Shown: positions 37,254 to 50,713, counted from the stretch's first letter. The stretch is DNA of 64,000 nt from Chiloscyllium plagiosum (GCF_004010195.1 NC_057720.1:12944932-13008931); one strand, 5' to 3'. Made by a program: numbers and translations. The notes: generated by a model from the letters alone, not told the origin.

Positions 37254-38382
37254 GTAAGTTGAAGCCACTTCCTGTTTAATGTAAATGCAACTTTGTTGTT
37301 TCTTGCTTTTATGGTCAGTCCTCCAACTTCTGTGTTTTCTGGGGATGTGTAATTTCTCTTCTTCCTGGCATGCGTACACCTCATGATTTTGTAGGAGAGC
37401 AGTTTCCACCAAGAGTGGGCAAGAGATAACTTTGACTTGATTTTCTTTTTCTATGTATAAATTCTGCACTCTGCCATTTTTTTGAAATGCATTAGAGACT
37501 TAAATTTAACTCCTAACGGAAGATTTAACTTTATAACATTGGATAACTGGGTGTTGTTGACAACTGCCCAGGGCAATTCTCCCTCAATTTATTTTACTGG
37601 CAGCATTAATAATGCTGGGTAATTTAGCAGGTATCACCTACTAGAAACTTGACTTAAAAATCTTAACTGAATAAATTGCAGTCAAGATTAGAGTGGTGCT
37701 GGAAAAGCAGAGCGGGTCAGGCAACACCTTAGGAGCAGGAAAATCAGGCAAAAGCCCTCCATCAGGTGCTTTTCCAGCACCACTCTAATCTTGACTCTAA
37801 TCTCCAGCATCTGCAGTACCCACTTCTGCCTGAATAAATTTCAGATGCTTGGAATTAATTATAATGCATTCTGCAACCCCAGTTAGCCTCACAAAGACAG
37901 CTTTCCTTTCTCTGTAATAAAGGCAAAATACTGCAGATGCTGGAAATCTAAATCCGTGCTGGAGAAACTCAGTGGGTCTGACAGCACTTGTGGAAAGAGA
38001 AACGATTGTCAAGTTTAGTATGACTCTTCAGAACTCAATGAACTTGAAATGTTAACTCTGGATTTATCTCTCCATAAATGCTGCCTGACCTGCTGAATTT
38101 CTCCATTGTGTATTTGTTTTCTTTTTTTTCCATGACTCAGTTATACATTTCTTCTGAGACTGTTCAGCTTTTGTACCTGATTTATTTGCCATGTCAGACT
38201 CTGAGTTTGAGTGGAGAATAGCTGCGTAGACAGGCCCTTCATTGCGCTAACAGTCTGGCAAAGCACTGTCAAGGATCGTGATGCAGAACGGGAAGACTGG
38301 TTCTTTGTGTTAAACAATTTGTTCAATTGAATTGTTATTCATGTTTATAACATTGATGTTCAGGATTGATTGTTGGTTGCAG

Positions 38383-38475
38383 AAAGAACGTAAACTACTG
38401 CAGAATAAAAGACTAGATTTGGATGCAGCAAAAGCAAGACTGAAGAAAGCAAAAGTCTCAGAGGCCCGGTCAGCA
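38383..38475 (+). CDS. SH3GLB1: Endophilin B1 exon 5 (KERKLLQNKRLDLDAAKARLKKAKVSEARSA)
   Basis: ttgcag acceptor, gtaagt donor, 93 nt, BAR-domain RLDLDAAK motif. Confidence 0.97.
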
Positions 38476-40364
38476 GTAAGTAAAGTACATAACTGGTATG
38501 AGTAGCCTGTTGTAACTTTTATGTAAAGATCTACTTTGAAAATTTTCCAACTACTGAGGCCATGTATACTTGAAAAGTAATCTGGAGATTTGTATATGAA
38601 TGTATAGTGAATTATTCTTAAAATGCAAACAGCCTTAAATAACAACTTTTGTTATGATATTGGATAATTTTGTTTGTAAGTTTAATTTAAGGTTTTATCT
38701 TAAGTAAATATCAAGTTAATGTTTTAAGTAACTGATTCAAAATGCAGTAAATTATTTCTCTTAAGCACACTAGAAATGGTGGTATCGTAATAACGTCACC
38801 AGAACCCCAGTGCAAATATTCTGGGAAACATAGGTTTAAATCCCACCATGGTGGACGGGGAAATTTGAATTAAATAAGAACATCAAATAAAACCATATCA
38901 CCATTTTAATTTTTTTTTTAGAAAGTTCAGTTCACTAATGTAATTTAGGGAAAAAGTTCTGGCCATTCTGATCTGATCTACAGGTGACTCCAGACCTACA
39001 GCCATGGAGTTGACTCTTAACTGCCCTCTGGGCATATGGGGGTGGACAGCATGTGCTGGTCTCACCAGTAATGCCCAACTTCTTATTATTTTTAAAAATG
39101 GGGTATTATTTTTCCTTAATAAATATAGTACTTTTTGAGAAGTGCAGCATACTTCGAACAATTTTAGTATCAGTCTGGGTTCAGCAGTTTAGCTTTTGCC
39201 TCTGCATCAACAAGTTATAGGTTCACGACCTACCACAGATTCTTAAATGCAGTGCATAGTGATTGTTTTGCACATTTTGAAAATGAGTTTTGGATGAGAT
39301 GTTAAACCAGAGGCATGCTATGCAGCTCAAGCCAGGTGACCTTGGGTATTAAAGATTCATAACATTATTTCTGAGAAGTGCAAGGGAGTATGTCTGGATA
39401 AATACTATTTTCATCCCTCAACTGTCATAAAGACAGATCATCTGGTCACTATCTCTTTGTAGTTTGTAGAATTGCTATGTACAAGTTGACTGGCTCATGC
39501 ATTACCACAGGGGTTACACTTGAAAAGTACTTCATTAGAACATCGAGGTCACGAAAGCTGTAATATAAATGCAAGTCTGTCGTCTTCCATTGCACAATTA
39601 GTCTGTAGGTTGTACATGGAATCTGTGATTAAATATCCACTCTTTTTAGCTCCCATTTCGAGACATCCAGAGTAAAAGGAATAGGAAAAACACAGAGACT
39701 CCTGTCCGGATGGTCCCAAGCTGGACATTTCGTTTCCACATTTGGCAGAAGCATTGAATATCAGATTGATAAATGTAAATTATATGTGGTCTTTGGTAGC
39801 AATGTTCAAGTCGCAATGTACCAACAGGAGGTTGATTCCATGCATTGAACTTCCTGTAATTTTCAGTTGAAATAATTTTGTAAACCAAGCTTACATAACT
39901 GATCCTTGTAATGTAACCTACATGGATTCCTAAATTCCTTTGCTACTCCACAGTTCCTAATTTTTCATCGAGAGAGTTCCATTTGTCTGTCTCGAATACA
40001 AAATGGATGGCCTCTTGCTGAACCCTGAGACATTTAGATTTTGCAATGGCTAATTGAATCCAAGTTCAATTGTAACTCTAAAGTGAAGGTGAGTATGAAG
40101 GCAGTCTGGGTGTTACAAAAGACCCTAAAGTTCATTACTTCATAAAATTCCAAGGAACGTCCTAATTCAAGTTGCGATGGATAATTGTTGTAATTATACT
40201 ACACTTCTTGAAATTGCTGGGCTTTTGACCTCCCCTGTGTCTGTATAATAAACAACAGGGCAGTGGGTGGGTGATGGTAGTGTAGGAGTAGAGTTAGCAA
40301 GTATATTGATGAGCTCTCCTGGCAGAGATCAGTGAATGGCAATGAGGGGAGAAGGATTTTCACG

Positions 40365-40960
40365 AGAAGCCTTATTGGTCGGTGCATTGAGTATAGGACT
40401 TGGGGCATCATGTTGCAGCTGTACAGAACATTGGTGAGCCCATTTTTAGAATACTGCATTCAATACTGGTCTCCCTGCTATAGGAAGGATGTTGTTAAAC
40501 TTGTAAATCTTTTCTGAATCCTTTCAAAGATGTTGCTGGGATTGGGGGGTTAGAGCTATAGGGAAAGGTTTAATAGGCTGGGGTTACTTTTCCTGGCTCG
40601 TTGGAGGCTTATAGAAGTTTCTAAAATCATGTGGGGCATGGATAGGTTGAATTGCCAAAGTCTTTTTCCTAGGGTAGGGGAGTCTAAAACTAGAGGGTAT
40701 AGGTTTAAGGTGAGAGGGGAAAGATTAATAGGGTCCTAAGGGAAAACTTTTTCATGCAGAGGGTAATGCAAGTATGAAACAAACCGCCACCGGGAGTGGT
40801 GGTGGCAGGTACAATTAAAACATTTAAAAGGCATCTGAATGAGTACACGAATAGGAAGGGTTTTGGAGGGATATGGGCCAAATGCTGGCAAATGGGACGA
40901 GATCAGTTTTGGGTATCTAGTCAGCATGGACAAGATGGACCATACTGTATAACTCTGACC
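40365..40960 (+). mobile_element. CR1 3' end
   Basis: LQLYRTLVSPFLEYCIQYWSP motif; similar to 28312-28930. Confidence 0.88.
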
Positions 40961-42295
40961 TTATAAGAAGCAACATGTATTAAAGAGTTTTTCAGGGGGT
41001 GATTACCACATGTAAAGATTGCACTTTCCTTCTGCATTCTACATGGCCCTCTGTTTTGAGCTTACCACAAGGATTAGTCAAATCAATTGGTACAGAAAGA
41101 TGCAATTAAATAGTTTTGCCAGAACCCCACATCCTGGGGATTGGGAAATAGGATGAGAGAGACTAGTCACCCAGGAAAAGGGAAAACATTACGTGAACGT
41201 GACTAAAGGGAAGTAGTTTTGAGAAATCTTTCAACAATGAGAGATTGACTGAAGAAAAATTGAGTAAGTGTGTTCAAGAAAGCAGGAATATTGTGGCAAA
41301 AGGCAACTGACAAATTGAGCAAAGTAGGGGAGATAGAGAATATACAGAATGTCGGCTGTAAGAATGAGGATGTAAGATTAGAGAAAGCTGCACGTGCATG
41401 CTACAAGAGGGGATTTATAAATGAAGATAAGTATTTTGAATTCCACATTCAAGATGGTACATCACTGGAGGTGGTCGAGTTGGGATGCTAGAGAAAAAGG
41501 AGCTAGGCCTAATCACTTGACAAAAAGTAAATCACTTTCCTTCAATTATTAGTAACCCATCATTGAAGAAGTAAGATGATTCATTGGATGTTCCTTAAAT
41601 GACCACTGACAAGAATGACAGTTAGAATGGGTAGCTCATTTATTAGCACAGTATTCCTTCATCTTGCCAGTCTGTATTAGAATTTGTCTTGAGGTGATTG
41701 ATAAAAGTTTTCTGCCTGGTTCGCTATCCCAAAACACATTTATGATGTGTTAGAGACCAGCAACTGATGGCAAAAAAAAATAATTATTCTAAAGTAAAAA
41801 ATGCTTGGGGAAACTACCGTCACATACAATAGAAGCAAAGTGATTAGGGTTATTATAGTATATTTAGGTGTGCAGATATTTAGATGTCCAAAGATATGCT
41901 GGTTAGATGGATTGGCCATGCTAAATTGTCCCATAGTGTCCAGGGATGTGCAGGCTAGGTGGATTAGCCGTGGTAAATGCGGGTTAGGGGGACAGGATAC
42001 GGGGCTTGATCTGGATGGGATACTGTGAGGAGGGTGGGTGCAGACTTGAGGCCAAATGGCCTCTTTCTGCACTGTGTGGATTCTGATTCTAGATTCGAAC
42101 AACACAATTTGTACTTGAGCAAGAATTGATTAACCAAAAGGCTTTTCCTCATTTTTGAAATATTTTTGTGTTGTGTAAGATTTTAGTAATGCTGGAGGAT
42201 TATAGGTAATTGAAAAGTCACTGAAGTAATGTGGCTATGTGCTGGAAAGCATGTAGTAGGTGCATGGTAGAGATTTTTCATTCGGCACATGCTAT

Positions 42296-44120
42296 ATAGA
42301 ACATAGAACAGCACAGAACAGGCCCTTTGGCCCACGATGTTGTGCCGACCATTGATCCTCATGTAAGGTAAACCTAATGTACGAACCCTCAAATTTCTGT
42401 GACCATATGCATGTCCAGCAGTCTCTTAAATAGCCCCGCTTCCACAACTGCTGCTGGCAATGCATTCCATGCTCTCAACTCTTTGCTTAAAGAACCCGCC
42501 TCTGACATTCCTCTGTACTTTCCGCCAAACAGCTTAAAACTATGACCCCTCGTGTTAACAATTTCTGCCCTGGGAAAAAGTCTATGGCTATCAACTCTAT
42601 TTATGCCTCTCATTATCTTGTACACCTCAATTAGGTCCCCTCTCTTCCTTTTTTCCAATGAAACAAGTCCAAGCTCAGTCAACCTCTCTTCGTAAGATAA
42701 GCCCTCCATTCCAGGCAGCATCCTGGTATACCTCCTCTGAACCCTCTCCAAAGCATCCACATCTTTCCTATAATAGGGTGACCAGAACTGGACACAGTAT
42801 TCCAAGTGCGGTCTAACCAAAGTTTTATAGAGCTGCAACAAGATCTCATGGCTCTTAAACTCAATACCCCTGTTAATGAAAACCAAAACACTATATGCTT
42901 TCTTAACATCCCTGTCCACTTGGGTGGCAATTTTAGGGATCTATGTACATGCACACCAAGATCCTGCTTTCTTCCACACTGCCAAGAATCCTACCTTTAA
43001 TCCTGTACTCAACTTTCAAGTTTGACCTTCCAAAATGCATCACTTAGCATTTATCCAGGTTGAACTCCATTTGCCACCTCTCAGCCCATCTCTGCATCCT
43101 GTCAATATCACGCTGCAGCCTACAACAGTCCTCTATACTGTCAACGACACCTCCAACCTTTGTGTCGTCTACAAACATGCTAACCCATCCTTCAATATCC
43201 TCCTCCAAGTCATTAATAAAAATTACAAAGAGTAGAGGCCCAAGAACAGAGTCCTGTGGAACACCACTCATCACTGACTTCAAGGCCAAATACTTTTCTT
43301 CCACTACCACACGCTATCTTCTGTCGACCAGCCAATTCTGTATCCAGACAGCTCAATTTCCCTGTATCCCATTCCTCCTGACCTTCTAAACGAGCCTACC
43401 ATGGGGAACCTTATCAAATGCCTTGCTGAAGTCCATATACACCATATCCACCGCTCGACCCTCATCAACTTGTCTCGTAACATTCTCAAAGAACTCATTA
43501 AGATTTGTGAGGCATGACCTGCCCCTCACAAAGCCNNNNNNNNNNNNNNNNNNNNNNNNNNNNNNNNNNNNNNNNNNNNNNNNNNNNNNNNNNNNNNNNN
43601 NNNNNNNNNNNNNNNNNNNNNNNNNNNNNNNNNNNNNNNNNNNNNNNNNNNNNNNNNNNNNNNNNNNNNNNNNNNNNNNNNNNNNNNNNNNNNNNNNNNN
43701 NNNNNNNNNNNNNNNNNNNNNNNNNNNNNNNNNNNNNNNNNNNNNNNNNNNNNNNNNNNNNNNNNNNNNNNNNNNNNNNNNNNNNNNNNNNNNNNNNNNN
43801 NNNNNNNNNNNNNNNNNNNNNNNNNNNNNNNNNNNNNNNNNNNNNNNNNNNNNNNNNNNNNNNNNNNNNNNNNNNNNNNTTCTCCCTAATCCTTCCTGCC
43901 AAGCCTTTTTCGTGCCCCCTCCTGGCTCTCCTCAGACCATTTTTGAGCTCCTTCCTTGCCTGCCTGTAATCCTCTAGAGCTGAGCAAGACCCTTGCTTCC
44001 TCCACCTTACGTAAGCTGCCTTCTTTCTTTTGACAAGAAGCTCCTCCGCTCTCATCATCCAAGGTTCCTTTATCTTACCCCTTCTTGCCTGTCTCAGAGG
44101 AACACATTTATGCATATCTC
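42296..44120 (-). mobile_element. Relatively young CR1 ORF2 spanning the assembly gap
   Basis: SGVPQDSVLGPLLF, FVDDTK and LVRPHLEYCVQFWSP motifs. Confidence 0.92.
43536..43880. other. Assembly gap, 345 N
   Basis: Run of n bases. Confidence 1.
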
Positions 44121-44123
44121 GGC

Positions 44124-44343
44124 GAAAGTGAGGACTGCAGATGCTGGAGATCAGAGTCCAGATTAGAGTGGTGCTTGAAAAGCACAGCAGGTCAGGCAGC
44201 AGGTCCTGCAAGGAGCAGGAAAATTGACGTTTCGGTTAGGACCACCTTCAGGAATTCCTGGTGAAGGGCTCCTGCCCGAAACGTCAATTTTCCTGCTCCT
44301 TGGATGCTGCCTGAGCTGCTGTGCTTTTCCAGCACCGCTCTAA
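44124..44343. mobile_element. Palindromic element with a hammerhead-like core
   Basis: Same family as 14727-14950; CTGGTGA-A-GGGC-tcct-GCCC-GAAAC-GTC at 44258-44285. Confidence 0.75.
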
Positions 44344-44679
44344 CAATGCTATATCTGACCTAGATGTGTTTAATTCAGATGCCAGTTTGAAAGCACTCCA
44401 TTTCTAAATACCATCTTTGAATTAGTTAGAATTTAAGTTTGTTTAAACCTAAATTAAACCATTTTGATTCTGAATAATGGAGTAAGTTATTTTAAAAGCT
44501 TGACTGTGTTAGAGGAAGTTCATAAGTAGTTTAAAAATGCATGAGACGGTTTTTGGAACAATCGAAGGATTAGCAGATCTGCAATTTGCTTTGACACTGT
44601 GTATTGATCAATGTATTTATATTTATCTTACCCATATGCATATGAGGGTATTTAATTCAGTTGATTTGAGCTGGGTGGG

Positions 44680-45410
44680 ATTTATACACCTCAATGGTAA
44701 GGTCTTGGGAAGTGTTGATGAACAAAGGGACTTGGACTGCAGATTCATAGTTCATTGAAAGTGAAGTCATAGGCAGATAGGATGGTGAAGAAGGCATTTG
44801 GTAAACTTACCATTATTGGTCAGAGCATTGCGTATTGGAGTTGGGAGTTCATGTTGCGGCTGTACAGGACACTTGTTAGGCCATTTTTGGAATGCGGTGT
44901 ACAATTCTGGTCTCCCTACTATAGGAACGATGTTGTGAAACCTGAAAGAGTTAAGAAAAGACTTACAAGGATGTTGCTGAGGTTAGAGGGTTTGAGTTAT
45001 AGGGAAGGGCTGAATAGGGGCTATTTTCTCTGGACTGTCTGAGACTGAGGGGTGACCTTTTATAGAGGTTTATAAAATCATGAGGGGCATAGATCGGCTA
45101 AATAGACAGGTCTCTTCCCTGGGTTGGGGAGTCCAAAACTAGAGAGCATAGGTTTATGATGAGGGAAGGATTTAAAAGGGACCTAAGGGGCAATGTTTTC
45201 ATGCAGAGAGTGGTGCGTGTATGAAATGAGCTGCTGGAAGAAGTGGTGGAGACTCTTACTTTTAAAAGGCAGCTGGGTGGGTTTTTGATTAGGAAGGGTT
45301 TAGCGGGATATGGGACAAATGGGTCTAGATTAATATACGATATTTGGTCGGTATGGACGGGTTGGACTGAAGGTTCTGTTTACGTGTTGTACATCTCTAT
45401 GATTCTGAGC
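44680..45410 (+). mobile_element. CR1 3' end
   Basis: LYRTLVRPFLECGVQFWSPYY motif. Confidence 0.88.
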
Positions 45411-45913
45411 TGAATCCAGATTAGTGCTTTAACATCAAGTTATTAAGCATTTAGGTTGAGGTGTTCAACTGGGAGTTAGCAGATGCCAGTTACCAAAGCA
45501 GTTGGGATTCTAATAAGTATCATGAGACTACGCAGCAGAGGAAAAAAAAATCACACATCCTACTTCAGATTGTTAGCACCATCTACTGATTGTTAATGGT
45601 GGTTAGTGAGAAGGGAATTAGTCTTGGTGCTCTCCAATTAAATAACTCTCTCAAATGGTCAGTTAGATAAGGCACTGCTTGTCGGGTAGTGCTCCCCAAA
45701 CATTTATGCATCAGAGTTGGCATTTTATGATTTCTAAAGTACTGCATTATGTCATGCAACATAACAATAACATCAGTGAACCTGAATCCACTAATGATTA
45801 AAGTATACTGTATTTTATACAGTGTTCACCTGTTCAGCTTTTCAGCTTAAGCTATTGTCATCTGGCTAATATGAATGTCTCTTGTCCTTGTTTACTTTAC
45901 CTGAATGTTCTAG

Positions 45914-46000
45914 CAACTAAATGCTTCTGAAGCTGAAGGAGACAACTTTATGGTAAATTTCTCTTACATGCTGAACTTGCTGCATGTAACATGGCTGAAG
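45914..46000 (+). CDS. SH3GLB1: Alternative exon 6: short form 45914-45952 (QLNASEAEGDNFM) and long form to 46000 (adds VNFSYMLNLLHVTWLK)
   Basis: ttctag acceptor; two in-frame donors, gtaaat at 45953 and gtttgt at 46001; peptide resembles the mammalian neuronal B1b/B1c insert QLNSARLEGDNIM-VNFSYMLNFLHVKWLK as I recall it. Confidence 0.92.
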
Positions 46001-49000
46001 GTTTGTTGGCCTTGTGTGTTTTGACTTTATACTTGAATGCTTACTCTTGCTATCACAGCCCCAAGGTGATCCTGGGTTGACAAGTTTGTACTTGTCATCT
46101 TGGCTAAACTAATAAACAAGATAGATTTGAATCAGTAGACTTGTACTCATTTTAAAACTTGTTCTCCCTACTTAACTACAGTTTATTTCTCTGGATTTTC
46201 AATTTTCTTTTTCTTTGGGGCTTTAATATTTTATAATACAATTTTATGCGCCTTGAATGATTTTGTGAAATGGTTTACACATTTCAATTCTAAATGGCTG
46301 CAGTGAATAGAGAATGGTAAATAGAATCTTTCTACTTCTCTGTTGCACTGCATTTTGAGGTTGTCTTAAATATTAAATTGATTCCTCAATTCCCAAATGT
46401 GCATGTGTCAGCATTTACTTTGGGAAGGAAGCAAAATTAATCTATTTCAGATGGATGCATCTCTTGTCCTGCTAAAATAATTCATTTTTGTTTTAATTCT
46501 TGTTAAAGTCACATGTTGTGACTGTCATTCAGTAAATGATATTTGATAGCAAGAGGAGGTATAGCTGTCTTTATTGTGTTTACTTCATCACCATTTCTGA
46601 CCCCTACCCCCATGTCCTCTGAAATTGTACAATTTTAGTATTCTGTAATTATACAATTTTGCATTGACTCTTTCAGTTCAGAACATTCACATCAAATTTT
46701 CTTAAACATTTATAAAAGTTCACAAACTGTCATGCACAGTATTATAATATTTAGTCTGAAAACAAATACTGGAGATCACAGCAGATCAGACAGCGTCCAT
46801 GGAGAGACAGCAAGTTAACCTTTTGAGTCTAGATGACTCACCTAGACTCACTGTTATCTTGCTCTCTCTCGATTGATGTGGTCTGACTTGCGGTGATCTC
46901 CAGCATTTGTTGTTTTCAGTACAGATTCCAGCATCTATAGTAATTTGTTCTACCTGTAATATTTAGTCAATATCATTTGATACCTTATGATTTTAGTCAT
47001 TCTCTACTGAAGAAGATTAAATAGAAACAAGACATGAAGTTTTGCACTTTAGTAGTGAATGATTGTATGGATAAAGCTTATGCTTAAAGATAAGCTGCTG
47101 TTGCAGTTCAAAATGAGAACACTTCACAATGGGCTTCTCAACTTTAGATATGCCCAGCTGCTGCCTAATATTTACAACAATTCTTGATAGCCTTTTAGAT
47201 GTATCAGTGAGCATATTCAACATTAACCTTCTAATACCTTTGCATGTACTGCAGGGTTATGCAAACATATTACCAAGACATGTAGAGGTTAAGGGTTCTT
47301 TGATCTCTTTTAGAATTGTCATGCTGAATCCCTTTGCTGGGATTATGGCAAAACCACTTTGTATCCCACAGAATGTGCAACAGCAAGCAGGGTCACCTTC
47401 CCCTCTCCTTACCCCGTTAACTGTGGACGTTTAAAATTGTACTGGACTATCCTATTAGAGAATTTACTGTCTTACATTTGCAAGCATTGCATGGTTCTCA
47501 AAGTTTCATTTTCAACCATGCTCCTTGCCCATCTTCAGTAGGGTGGGTATCTTCTCTTTAGAAAATATTAATGAGAAGTAAATTAATTGTACAAGATATC
47601 TGTTCTTTCCTGCAGAAAATGTCAACCCTCTATTGGCTGCCTGTCTACATATTTTCCTGCTTTGTAGACAGCTGGTTAAAACTGAAAATTTGCTTTGTAA
47701 ACCTATACATCAACATGTTGTGACATGTGTAATGTTACCAGTATTTACATTAAGTGAGTGTTTCCATACAGCACCTGAAGAATAGCTGTAGTATTATGTA
47801 GACCCTATATAGAGAGTAGCAACCCTTAGGCCCTAATGGTCTTTGCTGGTGTCTGGATTGCACTGTATTCATAATTACATCTTCCTATCCTGCCTGCTGC
47901 TATTGTCCCATAAATGCTATCTGCTTGAACCACTTTGTGCCAGCACATTCCTGATTCTTACCACTTGTTTGTAAAACTCTTAATTATATTTTTGTAACAA
48001 TGGTTATCTTATGTTTATGCTGCAGCGGCAGTTTCACAAGATCCAGTCTGTTGAACCTATTCTTAATTGTACTGGATTGAATTGACATTTAAACCATTTT
48101 TGCATCACCACAGATAGACTACCTTGCAGTTGCCATTATTGGTTGTTGAGTTGGACAGTTATTGACAGATCAATATAATTTTATAGCTTTGAGATCTTGC
48201 AGTATGTTCCGAGTAACTGTTTAGGATTTTCAGAAATGAAAGTGTTTCAATGAAGCAGTTCAGGCTTTGACACATTGTACCTTTTCAGCTTATTGTAATT
48301 TTATGGTTTGGAATAAACTGGTAAAAATCCTGGCATACTCCTTATAGAACACAAAGTTTTGGACTCCAATCTTGGTGATCCTTCCGCTTGCATTATCACA
48401 TTTGTTTTGGACAAACCACAAAATAGCCACTTCAGAGGATTCTCTCTGACGATAGGTATCTTCCTGCGACAATATTTGGTTGGAAGGCTGTCTGAAAAAT
48501 CCATTGTCCAGGGCCACTCCTGCATTTGTAAGAATCACGATGTGGGTCTGCATTAGAAGCACAAGCTTCTAGTTCCTGATTTTTTACACTGTAGTGCTTT
48601 TCACTTTGTGCACATTGCAATATTGTATCAATCCTCAGTTCCTGAAAACTGTTATGATGTGTGTTAATATATCATTTTGATTTTGGGCAGCATTGAAGAC
48701 TTGCTTTTCTTTTGACACTTCAATGATAAAATATTTAAATTTTCAAAATTTTTGAAGAAAAAGATATTAGCATTTTGTTTAAAACATTCAGAATTTAGCA
48801 AGCATGTTTCTGATAATTGATAAGCTGAATTAAAGTGTGACACAAGTGAAATGGATCACAATTGACGAGATTATGGTGTTAACTTGAAATTCAAAACTCA
48901 TCAGATTAACAGCATGTCTCATTTGTGTTCCAGTTCAATTTATTTTTGTCTCCATGCATACGTTTCACTGCTATGGTACTTTTGTTGAGCAGTAATTAGC

Positions 49001-49102
49001 ATAATACACCTGTATATCTGTCATCCATTTCATTTAAAAAGTCTGTGCATTTGACAAATGTATTGCAAATTAGTGACTGTTGTTTGTTTAAATGCTTGAC
49101 AG

Positions 49103-49126
49103 CTTTGGGCAGAGGAGGTGACAAAA
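49103..49126 (+). CDS. SH3GLB1: Alternative microexon 7, 24 nt (LWAEEVTK)
   Basis: tgcttgacag acceptor, gtaagt donor, phase 0-0; matches the mammalian insert IWAEEVTK. Confidence 0.92.
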
Positions 49127-50713
49127 GTAAGTAAAAGTAAAGCTGTTTTCTTGTGATAAACCTGAACCCTCCAATGCTTAGGGCACTGTAACCTGATGTG
49201 AATAATATTTGAATTGCTTTTCAAAAAAACGTTTGAGCATTTGGCATCTGTGTAGCAGCAATAAGTAAATATTGACTTCAGATATTGTATTTTCTTAAGC
49301 ACCTAACAATAATCAGCTCTTTTATGGAAATGTAGTCCTGTTATAAAATGGCTTCTTTGTCCGGTGTATTAGGGAAGGAGCTCAGGATGGTATTGTGCAG
49401 CAATGCCTTGTATATTCACAGCCGAGTTCCATGCCTTCTGTGTTTCTTCTGCACCCCTCTGCTATAAGGGAGCTGACCCTAACTCACTGAAACAGCTGTC
49501 AATCAAACTATTGAGTCAGGCATCAGCAGACTGATTGGTTTAACTTGATTTTGTGAAGGGATAAATTTGAGAATTTGCTGTTCAGGAATGGGTGGGAGAA
49601 AAGAGAGGGTATATTTGAGCATTAACAAATAGCATCAGCATGTGTTGTACAGTCTGATGCTAATATTGCTATTTTTAAAATGGATTACTGTTCAACCTAG
49701 TTCATTCACTACAATAATTGTGATGTTGTACAATATAAATGAGTAAATGTAAAGTCAAGCTGTGCACTTTTAATAGTCTTTGGTAATTACATTCTTGGTT
49801 ATTGATAACCATGTATTAGAATGCTTATGCAGTTCTACATAATAGGTTTAAAATTAGATCTTGAAGCACTTCCTATTACATGTATTTTCAGATTATTTTA
49901 TTTGATTCTTTAAAGTATATTATTATCCACTTTAGTAATTAAGCTTGCACAAAGTCTACAATAATTTAATTCTAGATTAACGCCTTTCGCTTTTTTTGAA
50001 GTGTGCAATTCCTGCAGGTGTTGACTCACATCGGGGAATTCTACAAACTTACATTTAGCCAAAGGAAACTGCTATTATAGAAAATATTTATTAGTATACA
50101 TAAACTGCATGCTAGTAAGTGACATTCAAAAAACTGCATAAGCATAATAACTGATCCACGGGACCTCCTTTTGAAAGCTTATTTTTGTGATGTTATCAGT
50201 GTCAAAATAAGAAAGCTTGCACCGAGGCATGGAAGAGAAAAGGATTTTTTTTTTAAATTCCACTTGTTATTGATTGCAATCTGTGGAAAATCTGTTGAGT
50301 GAATGAACATAAACCGCCTGTTGGATGCTGTTGCCATTCTCTCTTAGTCTTTGTTAATTTCAAATGTGATTATGCATTTAAATTCATACTTGTTGTAGCA
50401 AACTATTGATTAATTGTACAGTTAGCTCGTTGTCTAGTAAATGTGTAAATAGAATTCAACTGAAATTATCATCTATCCATCACTTGGGCACTTTAAAATG
50501 TAATACTTTTTTAATGTGAGAGTTAAATAGTTAGAAAATAAATTCTACATTTGTTATTGGATTTTTGAGCTCAGAATTTTAAAAATACTTCTGGCAAGCA
50601 GAATTTTTTTAAGCTAGTATCTATTTTAAAAAGTAGAAGTGCCTTTTTTCCCCTGAAAAGATATTTTCTCGTTCAAATGCCTGAACGTTTCTTTTCACAC
50701 TCTCTTTATGTAG

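Noticed and set aside
43423..44211. Long ORFs spanning the N gap
   Set aside because: Artefacts of translating Ns inside a CR1
48290..48620. Several overlapping short ORFs between exons 6 and 7
   Set aside because: No recognisable domain or consistent splice sites; probably chance
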